Source of the DNA: Gemmatimonas sp. | Lineage (GTDB): Bacteria; Gemmatimonadota; Gemmatimonadetes; Gemmatimonadales; Gemmatimonadaceae | DNA length: 64,000 bases | Reading direction: 5' to 3' | Assembly (NCBI GenBank): GCA_965279375.1 | Contig: OZ257156.1 | Span: 1,856,001 to 1,920,000 of the forward strand | In this document: piece by piece, positions 8,588-16,860 of the stretch | How the letters are laid out: every line of letters starts with the position of its first letter | Position numbering within the stretch: position 1 is the stretch's first letter | Position numbers and translations under genes: made by a program | Notes under the pieces: model-generated | Databases searched by the model: none | What the model was told of the DNA's origin: nothing | Seen by the model: only the letters and a program-made list of their open reading frames with translations

Positions 8588-9145
8588 CGAGGGGCCGCCG
8601 ATCGAGATGAGCATGGCGACCGCGTCCAGTGACAGTCCGGTCCGCCAAGCGATCTCGGAGGGTTCGGTCCCGGAGTCGGCCAGCGCCTGCACGGCCTTGG
8701 GGGTACGGCTCGCGGCACGCGCCGGGCGCGGGCTGCCGACCGGACGGGTGCGTCCAAGCATCGAGTTCACCGTCCCGATTCCGGCAGCGCTCGGCAGGTT
8801 GATCTGCGGGCGACGGCGGAAGAGGCTCACGCCGGTCGCAGCAAATCCGGCGAGGGCGAGCGTCCCGAAGAGCACGGGGAGCGCAAGACGACGCACAGGG
8901 GCGGGCATATCGCGCAGCGCGCGCGCCGTGACCTTGTTGGTTTGGTCCCGCACGGATTCAATCGCGAGGAAGCCGGCGTCGATGGCGTGGGTCAGCGACG
9001 TACCGATGGCGGACTCACTGTCCGGCTGCGTGGCCGTCGCGACGGCGGGCGCCAGAATGAGTGCGCCTGCGGCCACACCACCCACGGTCACGCCGATGCC
9101 CAATCCGACCATGAGCGCGATCTGGCGAAGCTGTGCGGAGTTCAC
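8561..9145 (-). CDS. Hypothetical membrane protein with C-terminal helix-turn-helix-like segment
   Basis: Two hydrophobic segments; C-terminal AVQALADSGTEPSEIAWRTGLSLDAVAMLI; GTG start overlaps the fliA stop. Confidence 0.65.
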   Translation of the reverse strand: MNSAQLRQIALMVGLGIGVTVGGVAAGALILAPAVATATQPDSESAIGTSLTHAIDAGFLAIESVRDQTNKVTARALRDMPAPVRRLALPVLFGTLALAGFAATGVSLFRRRPQINLPSAAGIGTVNSMLGRTRPVGSPRPARAASRTPKAVQALADSGTEPSEIAWRTGLSLDAVAMLISIGGPSRQLRPPTA

Positions 9146-9897
9146 GCGACCCGTCCACGCAGCGGCTTGAGTTCGACCCGCAGCTTGCTCAGCGCCTTCG
9201 AGCGAATCTGCGACACGCGCGACTCGGTCAACTCGAGCACCTTGGCGATCTCGTGCAGCTTGAGCTCCTCGAAGTAGTAGAGCGACAACACGACGCGCTC
9301 CTGATCCTTGAGGCGAAGAATCGCGTCCTTGAGATGCGAAACTTCCTGCTCGTGCGTGAGGCTGTCCTCCACGTCCGAATCCATGCCGCCGGTCAGCATC
9401 TCGGCTGGCGTGGGCGCGTTGTTCTCGCGTTCGCCCGGTGCGCGGTCGAGCGGAATGTGATGCGCCCCTTCGACGTCGGCCTGCCAGCGCCAGAGCGTAT
9501 CCATGTCCACGCCCATCTGTTCGGCGAGCTCGCGATCATCCGGTCCGCGGCCATTCACGCGCATGTAGGCCTCGCGCGCCGCGGACATCTCGCGCGTCTT
9601 GCGACGAATCGAGCGCGGTACGTGGTCCTGCTTGCGCAGTTCATCGAGGATCGCGCCGCGAATGCGCGGTGCCGCGAAGGTGCTGAAGGCGAGACCGCGC
9701 GTGGCGTCAAAGCCTTCGAGTGCCGTCATGAGACCAATGGTGCCGGCGCTCACCAGCTCATCGAAGTCGGCGCGTACGGCCAGCGTTCGCGAGACCTGAC
9801 GCGCAACGTGATGCACGAGACCCAGATGCTCCTGAAGCAAGCGGTCGCGCGCGCTCTCGCTTCCGGCGTGGTAGGACTGCCAGAGCTTCGCGTTCAT
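9142..9897 (-). CDS. fliA: RNA polymerase sigma-28 factor FliA/WhiG
   Basis: Start MNAKLWQSY; FSTFAAPRIRGAILDELRKQDHVPRSIR; LYYFEELKLHEIAKVLELTESRVSQI. Confidence 0.95.
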   Translation of the reverse strand: MNAKLWQSYHAGSESARDRLLQEHLGLVHHVARQVSRTLAVRADFDELVSAGTIGLMTALEGFDATRGLAFSTFAAPRIRGAILDELRKQDHVPRSIRRKTREMSAAREAYMRVNGRGPDDRELAEQMGVDMDTLWRWQADVEGAHHIPLDRAPGERENNAPTPAEMLTGGMDSDVEDSLTHEQEVSHLKDAILRLKDQERVVLSLYYFEELKLHEIAKVLELTESRVSQIRSKALSKLRVELKPLRGRVA

Positions 9898-9932
9898 GGC
9901 TACGGATCCTTGGGGAGTTGCAATCGCCACGG

Positions 9933-10805
9933 TCAGACACCTGGTCGGGAGTGTGTAGCACCGGCCAGCGTTCGCATCACTACATCGTGAGCGGCTATCG
10001 CTGCGGGTGAGCCTGCCGCCGCGTCGGGGAACGACATCCCAGCGCGGAGTGCGGCATCGAGCGTCGGGTCGGAAGGAACCGCGCCGGCAAAACGCAGCGA
10101 GGTTCCGAGGAACTGGCGGGTACCGGCATCGATCGCATCGAAGCAGCGCGCGGCGTCGCGCCCATCGAGTCGATTGACGAGCAGGTCCTGCGGAAGGGCA
10201 CCGACCCGTGTGTGCACGGCTTTGCACAGCGCATAGGTCGCGGCCAGTGAGACAGCATCGCCGCCGGCGGTGACCGCCAGCAGTCGTTCATCAGCATGCG
10301 ACATCGCTGCCGCAGCAATCGCATCGAAGCGTGAACCGCAATCGATGACCACCATGTCCATCTGCTCCGAGAGCGCACTGAGCCGGCGCATGCAGGCGCG
10401 CCGCTCGGCGTTCGCAATCGCGCCCTGATCGCCAGTGCGCGCGATGCCGCCCGCGACCAGCGTCAATGTCGTGCTCACCGGAGTGGCCACATCGTGCGGC
10501 GAGACGCGCCCGCCGCGCAGATCCTGCCACGTCGCCATCGGTACGACGCCAAGCATCGGAGCGAGCGGTCCAACGAGATCGTCCGCGTCGATCAACAACA
10601 CGCGATAGCCATCGCCCGCCGCGGCGACTGCCAGCAGCGCGGCAATCATCGACGTGCCCGTGCCACCACGGCCGCTCGCGCACAAGAGCGTCGGAACGCC
10701 GCGCGCAGGTGCGCCGCTCGACGGAGTCGCCTGACGCGCACGACCACGCAGCAACGCATCGATCTGCGAAGCGTTCGCGCCGGACGCGCCTCCATTGAGC
10801 GTCAT
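9933..10805 (-). CDS. flhG: FlhG/MinD-family protein with degenerate Walker A
   Basis: Between flhF and fliA; ASGRGGTGTS, RVLLIDAD, DMVVIDCG, LLVNR; start 10805 (ATG) or 10814 (GTG). Confidence 0.8.
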   Translation of the reverse strand: MTLNGGASGANASQIDALLRGRARQATPSSGAPARGVPTLLCASGRGGTGTSMIAALLAVAAAGDGYRVLLIDADDLVGPLAPMLGVVPMATWQDLRGGRVSPHDVATPVSTTLTLVAGGIARTGDQGAIANAERRACMRRLSALSEQMDMVVIDCGSRFDAIAAAAMSHADERLLAVTAGGDAVSLAATYALCKAVHTRVGALPQDLLVNRLDGRDAARCFDAIDAGTRQFLGTSLRFAGAVPSDPTLDAALRAGMSFPDAAAGSPAAIAAHDVVMRTLAGATHSRPGV

Positions 10806-10810
10806 GCTGC

Positions 10811-11668
10811 TCACGCCGGCATCCAATCCGGCTCTGCGTCGGCGCCGAGGCCGTACGAGCGCAGGATACGATTCACGCCGGGCTTGAGGTCGGCCGGCAC
10901 ATCCTGGCCGTCCGTGATCCAGCGCGTGGGCATTCCCAGCGACAGGGCGAGATCGGCCACGCCGCTCTCACGCGGCACCTCGTCGATCTTGCTCACCAAC
11001 AGATGCGTGGCACCGCGATGCTGACGCGTGGGCGCGTAGGCACGCCCGACATCGATCGCGAGATCGGCGCGCAGCGTGGCCGGAAGCACCAGGTGCACTT
11101 CGTCGGGCTGCAGCGCATCGAGCAGGTTGCGCCAACGCTCGGTCAACTCCGACGATGCCGGGCTACGACCCGGTGTGTCGATCACGACGACGTCGCAGGA
11201 CGACAGGCGACGCATCGCCGCCTCCACTTCCCGCGCATCGTAAATCACTTCGAACGGCACTTCCGCCAGCTCGGCGTAGGCTGCCAACTGCTCCATGCCA
11301 CCCACGCGATACGTGTCGAGCGTGAGCAGGCCAACGCGCGCTGTGCCGAACATGCCACGGCGCACGGCCAGCTTTGCCGCGGTCGTCGTCTTTCCGGCAC
11401 CTGTCGGGCCAACCAGCGCAATGCGATACGGCTTGCCATCGGCCGAGCGCATGCCGGGAGGGAAGGGACGCGCTTCGAGACGGGAGCGCACGCGGTCGAT
11501 CGCGTCGGAGGAAGCGGCGAGCACTTCCACCATCGGCACGCCGCCATCACGCACCGTGCGCGAATGCAGGATCATCACTTCGTCGCCAAGCGCGCGACGG
11601 GCACGATCCGACACATGCGTCATGTCCGCACCGCGGAAACGCTCAAGCACCAGGGACTCACGGGACAT
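10811..11668 (-). CDS. flhF: SRP-family GTPase FlhF (compact form)
   Basis: GPTGAGKTTTAAKLA, DTYRVGG, DTPGR, SKIDE, GQDVPADL. Confidence 0.92.
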   Translation of the reverse strand: MSRESLVLERFRGADMTHVSDRARRALGDEVMILHSRTVRDGGVPMVEVLAASSDAIDRVRSRLEARPFPPGMRSADGKPYRIALVGPTGAGKTTTAAKLAVRRGMFGTARVGLLTLDTYRVGGMEQLAAYAELAEVPFEVIYDAREVEAAMRRLSSCDVVVIDTPGRSPASSELTERWRNLLDALQPDEVHLVLPATLRADLAIDVGRAYAPTRQHRGATHLLVSKIDEVPRESGVADLALSLGMPTRWITDGQDVPADLKPGVNRILRSYGLGADAEPDWMPA

Positions 11669-13748
11669 GCTTCATCTCCCACGTGGCAACGCTGCTCAGG
11701 GTGATCGCAGGCGGCAGTTCGGCGAGCGACACCACCGGCAGGCTAGGCAGCACAGGCTCGATCAGACGGCGCACGCCAATGCGCAGCGACGGCGGTGTGA
11801 TCAGGGGCAACGGACGACCATCCACGGCGTAGGTGGTGGCGAGGTGGTTCAGATCGCGCAGCATGGCGGCGAGCGAATCGGGGGTGAGCAGCGGCGCGTT
11901 GACAGCGGAGCTTCGCGGCGAGAAGAGCCCCATCAGCGCGGACTCGAGGCGCGCGCCGATCGTGATGCCGCGAACCACACCACTCTGATCGGCGAACAGG
12001 CGCGCGATCACGTTCGTCAGCGACTTGCGCACGACTTCCGTCAGCGCTTCCGGATCCTTCGTCGTTTCGGCGCCATCGCCCACCGCCTCGAGAATCGTGA
12101 CGAGGTCGCGAATCGGCACACGCTCGCGCAGCAGGCGCTGCAGCACACGGTGCAGCACGCTGAGCGACACCTTGGCCGGAATGATTTCTTCCACCAGCGC
12201 CGGGTGCGACTTCTTGAGCGTCTCCACCATTTCCTGCACTTCCTGACGTCCGAGCAGATCCGCGGCGCTCGTCTTGAGCGTCTCCAACAGATGCGTGGCC
12301 ATCACGGTCGTCGGCTTGACGACCACATAGCCCAGCGCTTCGGCTTCGGTGCTGCGGGCACCGGCAATCCAGCGCGCAGGCATGCCGAACGACGGATCCG
12401 TCGTCTCCATGCCATCGATCTCTGCCACGACGCCGCCCGTGTTGAGCGCCATCATGAAGCGAGGCAGCACTTCGGAGCGCGCGACTTCGGAGCCGCGCAG
12501 CTTGATCACGTACTCGTTGGCGGGCAGACGGATGTCGTCGCGAATGCGAATGGGCGGCACGAGAATGCCCAGCTCCATCGCCGCTTGCTTGCGCAGCAGC
12601 GAGATGCTCTCGAGCAGGTCGCCACCCTGGCCTTCGTCCACGAGCGGGATGAGCGCGTAGCCGACTTCCAGTTCGATGGGATCGATCTGCAGCAGGTCGC
12701 GCATCGGATCGTCGGGTGCCGGCGCTTCCACCGGCGGCAACTCGGCGACATTCGCCAGCTCGTTGCGGCGTGTTTCACTGGCCGTCGACGACCGCGCGAG
12801 GAACACCGTGAGGCCCGCCATCGCGACGAACGGCAGCATCGGCAGGCCCGGCACGAGCGAGAACGCGCCGAGCACACCGGCTACCATCCACATTGCGCGC
12901 GGATGCGCACCGAGCTGGCGCGAGAGCACGACGCCCATGCGGTCGGAGCCCGTCGCGCTCGACGCCATCAAGCCGGCCGCCGTGCTGATGATCAGCGCGG
13001 GCACCTGCGACACGATGCCGTCACCAACAGTCAGAATCGTGTAGGTGCTGGCCGCCTTCTGGATGTCCATTCCCTTCTGCACGACACCGATGAAGATGCC
13101 GCCCAACACATTCACGACGACGACCATGATGCCGAGGATCGCGTCGCCCTTCACATACTTGGAGGCGCCGTCCATCGCGCCATAGAAGTCGGCGGTGCGC
13201 GCGATGTCTTCGCGACGCTTGCGGGCGTCCTTCTCGTCGATGAGACCCGCCGAGAGATCGGCGTCGATCGCCATCTGCTTGCCGGGCATGGCGTCGAGAT
13301 TGAAGCGCGCAGCGACTTCCGCGATTCGACCGGCACCCTTCGTGATGACGATGAAGTTGATGCCGATCAGCAACAGGAAGATGACGACGCCGACGGCATA
13401 GTTGCCGCCGATGACGAATTGTCCGAACGCCGCGATCACCTTGCCGGCGTGCGCCTGCGTGAGAATCAGACGCGTGGACGAAACGTTGAGACCAATGCGG
13501 AACAGCGTGAGCAACAGCAGCAGCGTGGGAAAGCTGCTGAAGTCGAGCGGATTCGTGGTGTACAGCGACACGAGCAGCACCACCAGCGACACGCCGATGC
13601 TGGCCGCGAGGCACAGATCGAGCAGCGCGGGCGGGAGCGGCACCACGATGAGCGCGATGATCAGAACGACGGCGAGCGCGAGGCCGACTTCGGCGCGCTT
13701 CTTCCCTGGTTCTGCGTCGAACGCCATCGGCATGGAGGCGGCGGTCAT
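11658..13748 (-). CDS. flhA: Flagellar export gate protein FlhA
   Basis: FHIPEP motifs ITKGAGRIAEVAARFNLDAMPGKQMAIDADL, FYGAMDGASKYVKGDAI; start MTAASM after GAGG. Confidence 0.97.
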   Translation of the reverse strand: MTAASMPMAFDAEPGKKRAEVGLALAVVLIIALIVVPLPPALLDLCLAASIGVSLVVLLVSLYTTNPLDFSSFPTLLLLLTLFRIGLNVSSTRLILTQAHAGKVIAAFGQFVIGGNYAVGVVIFLLLIGINFIVITKGAGRIAEVAARFNLDAMPGKQMAIDADLSAGLIDEKDARKRREDIARTADFYGAMDGASKYVKGDAILGIMVVVVNVLGGIFIGVVQKGMDIQKAASTYTILTVGDGIVSQVPALIISTAAGLMASSATGSDRMGVVLSRQLGAHPRAMWMVAGVLGAFSLVPGLPMLPFVAMAGLTVFLARSSTASETRRNELANVAELPPVEAPAPDDPMRDLLQIDPIELEVGYALIPLVDEGQGGDLLESISLLRKQAAMELGILVPPIRIRDDIRLPANEYVIKLRGSEVARSEVLPRFMMALNTGGVVAEIDGMETTDPSFGMPARWIAGARSTEAEALGYVVVKPTTVMATHLLETLKTSAADLLGRQEVQEMVETLKKSHPALVEEIIPAKVSLSVLHRVLQRLLRERVPIRDLVTILEAVGDGAETTKDPEALTEVVRKSLTNVIARLFADQSGVVRGITIGARLESALMGLFSPRSSAVNAPLLTPDSLAAMLRDLNHLATTYAVDGRPLPLITPPSLRIGVRRLIEPVLPSLPVVSLAELPPAITLSSVATWEMKHVP

Positions 13749-13758
13749 AGCGAGTTCC

Positions 13759-14853
13759 TCATGCGGCCGCCGTGCCGCGCCACTTCGATCCATAGCGCTC
13801 ACGCTGCTTCATCACGAAGGCGAGCACTTCGGCCACGGCGAGATAGAGTTCGACGGGAATGACGGTGCCAACCTTGGCCGACGCGATCAGTGCGCGCGCG
13901 AGCGGCTTGTTCTCGATCACGGGAACACCATGCTGAAAGGCGAGCTCCTTGATGCGGAGCGCGATCTTGCGCTGGCCGAGTGCGACGACGTACGGCGCTG
14001 GCGCAACATCAGGGTCGTACTTGATCGCGACGGCGATGTGCACCGGGTTCACGATCACGACATCGGCCTTGCGAACGTTCGCGAACATCGCGCGACGGAT
14101 GCGATCACGCGCGATCTGGCGACGGCGTCCCTTGATTTCCGGATCACCTTCCTGCGACTTGCCTTCGTCCTTCACTTCCTGCTTCGTCATCTTGAGCGAC
14201 TCATTCGTGCTCCACTTCTGCCACGCGTAGTCGGCACCAGCGAGCGCGAGGAACATCATGCCGGCGTTGCGCATGAGATTGAGTCCGTACTTGCGCACGA
14301 CATCCATGAGTGCCACGGGAGACAGCAGCGCGAGCCCCTGGATATCGGGCCATGCATCGCTGAGCGTCGCGTAGACTGCCCAGCTCACGATGCTCATTTT
14401 CACCAGCGACTTGGCCAGCTCCACGAACGAGCGCTTGCCGAGCATCTGCTGCGCGTTGGTGAGCGGATTGAGCCGCTGCCACTTGGGCTCGAGTGCCTTG
14501 GAGCTCAGCAAGCCACCCGTCTGCGCGACCTGCACCATGACGGCGATCATCGCCATCGTCGCCATCAAGCCGACCATTGCGACCATCGTGCGAAAGCCCA
14601 TCACCTGCACCCACTGCAGCAACCCAACGCCACGCATCTGTGCGTCGCCGAGATGCGACAGATTCTGCCCCATCGCGTCGAGCAGAAAGCGCCACAACGT
14701 CGGGCCGGCCATGTTGATCGTGAGGCCCGCTCCGAGGAGAAACGCGGCCGTCATCAGCTCCGGACTCTTCGCGATCTGACCCTTGTCGCGCGCTTCCTGG
14801 AGCCGTTTACCAGTAGGTTCTTCTGTCTTTTCGCCACCATCATTGTCGGCCAT
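13759..14853 (-). CDS. flhB: Flagellar export switch protein FlhB
   Basis: EKTEEPTGKRLQEARDKGQIAKS, KMTKQEVKDEGKSQEGDPEIKGR, NPVH cleavage loop, ENKPLARAL. Confidence 0.96.
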   Translation of the reverse strand: MADNDGGEKTEEPTGKRLQEARDKGQIAKSPELMTAAFLLGAGLTINMAGPTLWRFLLDAMGQNLSHLGDAQMRGVGLLQWVQVMGFRTMVAMVGLMATMAMIAVMVQVAQTGGLLSSKALEPKWQRLNPLTNAQQMLGKRSFVELAKSLVKMSIVSWAVYATLSDAWPDIQGLALLSPVALMDVVRKYGLNLMRNAGMMFLALAGADYAWQKWSTNESLKMTKQEVKDEGKSQEGDPEIKGRRRQIARDRIRRAMFANVRKADVVIVNPVHIAVAIKYDPDVAPAPYVVALGQRKIALRIKELAFQHGVPVIENKPLARALIASAKVGTVIPVELYLAVAEVLAFVMKQRERYGSKWRGTAAA

Positions 14854-14854
14854 G

Positions 14855-15676
14855 TCAGCGCACCGTCATGGCAGGTGCACCGACGCGCGTGGCACGCGAG
14901 AAGGTGTCGAGCGTGGAAGCGTAGCCAGGGGTCCAGTCGATGATGACATGCGACACGAGCGCGACCGAGCCCGCGAACGTCAGCAGCCCCACACCGATCT
15001 GAATCGGAAAAGCGAGGCTCATGATCTGCAGCTGCGGTGCGGCGCGCCCGAGAATCGCGAGCGCCATGTTGGTCACGAAGACCGCCGCGATCACCGGTGC
15101 CGAGAACTGCAGTCCGGTGGCAAAGATCACTTGGGCTGTCGGCACGAAAGCGCCGAGCCCCGCGCCCAGACTGATTGGCGCGCCGATCGGCATCGCCTGA
15201 AAGCTGCTGCCCAAAGCGCGAATCATCACCAGGTGTCCGCCGCTGATCACCAGCAGCACCAGCGACAGCAACTGCATGAACGACGAGAGCAGTGGACTCT
15301 GCGTGTTGTTGGCAGGGTCGAGAATTGCCGCGCCGGACAACCCGCTCGATGTCGTGATCAGCTCACCCGCGAACTCGGCGCCGGCAATGATCGTCGCGGC
15401 GGCGAGACCAAACACCACGCCGATAGCCGATTCCGTGAGGAACGCAGCCGGCGTGATCTGAAGGGTTGCGAGGTTCGCGCTCGCACTGGCGGCGGGGAAC
15501 AACAACACCGCGAAGATCACCAGCAGCGCCGTGCGCAGCTTCATCGGCACCGACTTGGCGGACCACACCGGCGCCACCATCAGCAGTCCGCCCACGCGCA
15601 GCGCGCACAACACGAATGCTGCGGCCGCACCCGGTGCGAAGAGGTCGGGGAAGCCGGTCGCGACGAGACCGTTCAC
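14855..15676 (-). CDS. fliR: Flagellar export protein FliR
   Basis: Highly hydrophobic; LGRAAPQLQIMSLAFPIQI; GTG start overlaps the fliQ stop. Confidence 0.93.
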   Translation of the reverse strand: MNGLVATGFPDLFAPGAAAAFVLCALRVGGLLMVAPVWSAKSVPMKLRTALLVIFAVLLFPAASASANLATLQITPAAFLTESAIGVVFGLAAATIIAGAEFAGELITTSSGLSGAAILDPANNTQSPLLSSFMQLLSLVLLVISGGHLVMIRALGSSFQAMPIGAPISLGAGLGAFVPTAQVIFATGLQFSAPVIAAVFVTNMALAILGRAAPQLQIMSLAFPIQIGVGLLTFAGSVALVSHVIIDWTPGYASTLDTFSRATRVGAPAMTVR

Positions 15677-15942
15677 GCCACCACCGACGGAATGCTCAGG
15701 AACAGCTCGCGCGTGTACTGCGTCAGCACGTGGATGATCCACGGAAGTCCAACGATGAACGCGCCGCCGACCAGCACCAGCTTGGGCACGAACGCCAGCG
15801 TCTGTTCCTGGATCTGCGTGACCGACTGGATGACGCTGACCAACAGACCGATGCCGAGCGCGATCACCAGCATGGGCGCGGCGATGGTCAGCGCGGTCAT
15901 GATGGCGTTCCGGGTCAGGTCGATCACCAACTGGTCGTTCAT
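15673..15942 (-). CDS. fliQ: Flagellar export protein FliQ
   Basis: GLLVSVIQSVTQIQEQTLAFVPKL; 89 aa from MNDQLVIDL. Confidence 0.96.
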   Translation of the reverse strand: MNDQLVIDLTRNAIMTALTIAAPMLVIALGIGLLVSVIQSVTQIQEQTLAFVPKLVLVGGAFIVGLPWIIHVLTQYTRELFLSIPSVVA

Positions 15943-16015
15943 CTGGTCCGTGGCTGTCGAGGAAGTCGAATCGAGGTAGTCGGGGAATCCCGCCACCTGC
16001 ACGGCCTCCTACAAA

Positions 16016-16030
16016 GCAGGGTCCGTACCA
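16016..16030 (-). promoter_or_regulatory. Sigma54 promoter of the fliQ-fliA operon
   Basis: Minus strand TGGTAC-GGACC-CTGC. Confidence 0.7.
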
Positions 16031-16056
16031 CGACGCCCAGGGTCGGACCTATCAGC

Positions 16057-16081
16057 TAAAGTGTTTCATGGCAATGAGTTA
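16057..16081. promoter_or_regulatory. 25-bp IHF-like pseudo-palindrome
   Basis: TAA-AGTG-TTT-CATGG-CAA-TGAG-TTA. Confidence 0.6.
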
Positions 16082-16125
16082 GTATTGTGTGTCCAGTCGG
16101 AATTCCTGACCTCCGCCGTGTCGAT

Positions 16126-16164
16126 CGGCACAAACTGCCGAGTGGGTCGCGGGAGCTTTTGCCG
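16126..16164. promoter_or_regulatory. Candidate enhancer (UAS) pair
   Basis: CGGCA-CAAAC-TGCCG (16126-16140, perfect) and CGGGA-GCTTT-TGCCG (16150-16164). Confidence 0.65.
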
Positions 16165-16198
16165 GGGCCGACTTCCGGCTCCGCGGGTAGCATTCGGC

Positions 16199-16846
16199 AT
16201 GCTCTCCGCACTCCTCGCGCGACTCGGCCTGCGGCGCCCCGATCCTGCCGCCCCCGCCGCCATGTCCGCTTCGTCGTCCGGCCTCGAGGCCGAGCAGTTC
16301 ACCATTCGTGGCATCCCGGTGGCGGTGCTCAACGGCCGCCCCGACATCAAAACGGTCGAGGTGCTCGAGCGCCTGGACGAGGCGCTGGGGTTGATCGAGG
16401 TGCATCAACCGTGGCGGATGCGTCATCTGCGGCGTGACATCCGGTTCATCCGGGTCGAGCGCTATGCCTGCCGCGGAGCCTTCATTCCGTCGGAGCGAGT
16501 GGTCATGACGGAACTCACGTTCCTCGCGCGACGGGACATCACCGCGGCACCGGTCGCGTCGTCGATTCTGCACGAAGGCGTGCATGCGCGGGTGCATGCG
16601 TTGCGGGAGCGACTGGCACGACTGACCGGGAGTTGGTCACCGGAGCGCGATGCGGCGCGCGAGGAGCGAGTCTGCCGTCGCGCGGAGTTGGCCTTTGGCG
16701 AATCGCTTCCGCCAGAGCTAGGCGCGCCCGTGATCGAACGGGCGCTGGCCAGTTTGCAGCTCGATGACATTGGGGTGGCGCCGCAGGTGGATTGGCGCGA
16801 AGCACAAGCGCGGATCGATGCGGCCGACCGGGCCGCAGGTGCCTGA
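16199..16846 (+). CDS. Hypothetical protein with HExxH zinc-metallopeptidase-like motif
   Basis: From ATG 16199 (or 16262); VASSILHEGVHARV followed by REERVC. Confidence 0.65.
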   Translation: MLSALLARLGLRRPDPAAPAAMSASSSGLEAEQFTIRGIPVAVLNGRPDIKTVEVLERLDEALGLIEVHQPWRMRHLRRDIRFIRVERYACRGAFIPSERVVMTELTFLARRDITAAPVASSILHEGVHARVHALRERLARLTGSWSPERDAAREERVCRRAELAFGESLPPELGAPVIERALASLQLDDIGVAPQVDWREAQARIDAADRAAGA

Positions 16847-16860
16847 CTAGCAGGCCGCCA

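Noticed and set aside
11295..13862. 855-aa plus-strand ORF and similar long antisense ORFs (13402-14943, 19106-20734, 20756-22519, 26101-28062, 50391-52040)
   Set aside because: Stop-poor antisense frames of real genes, expected in high-GC DNA; no recognisable motifs
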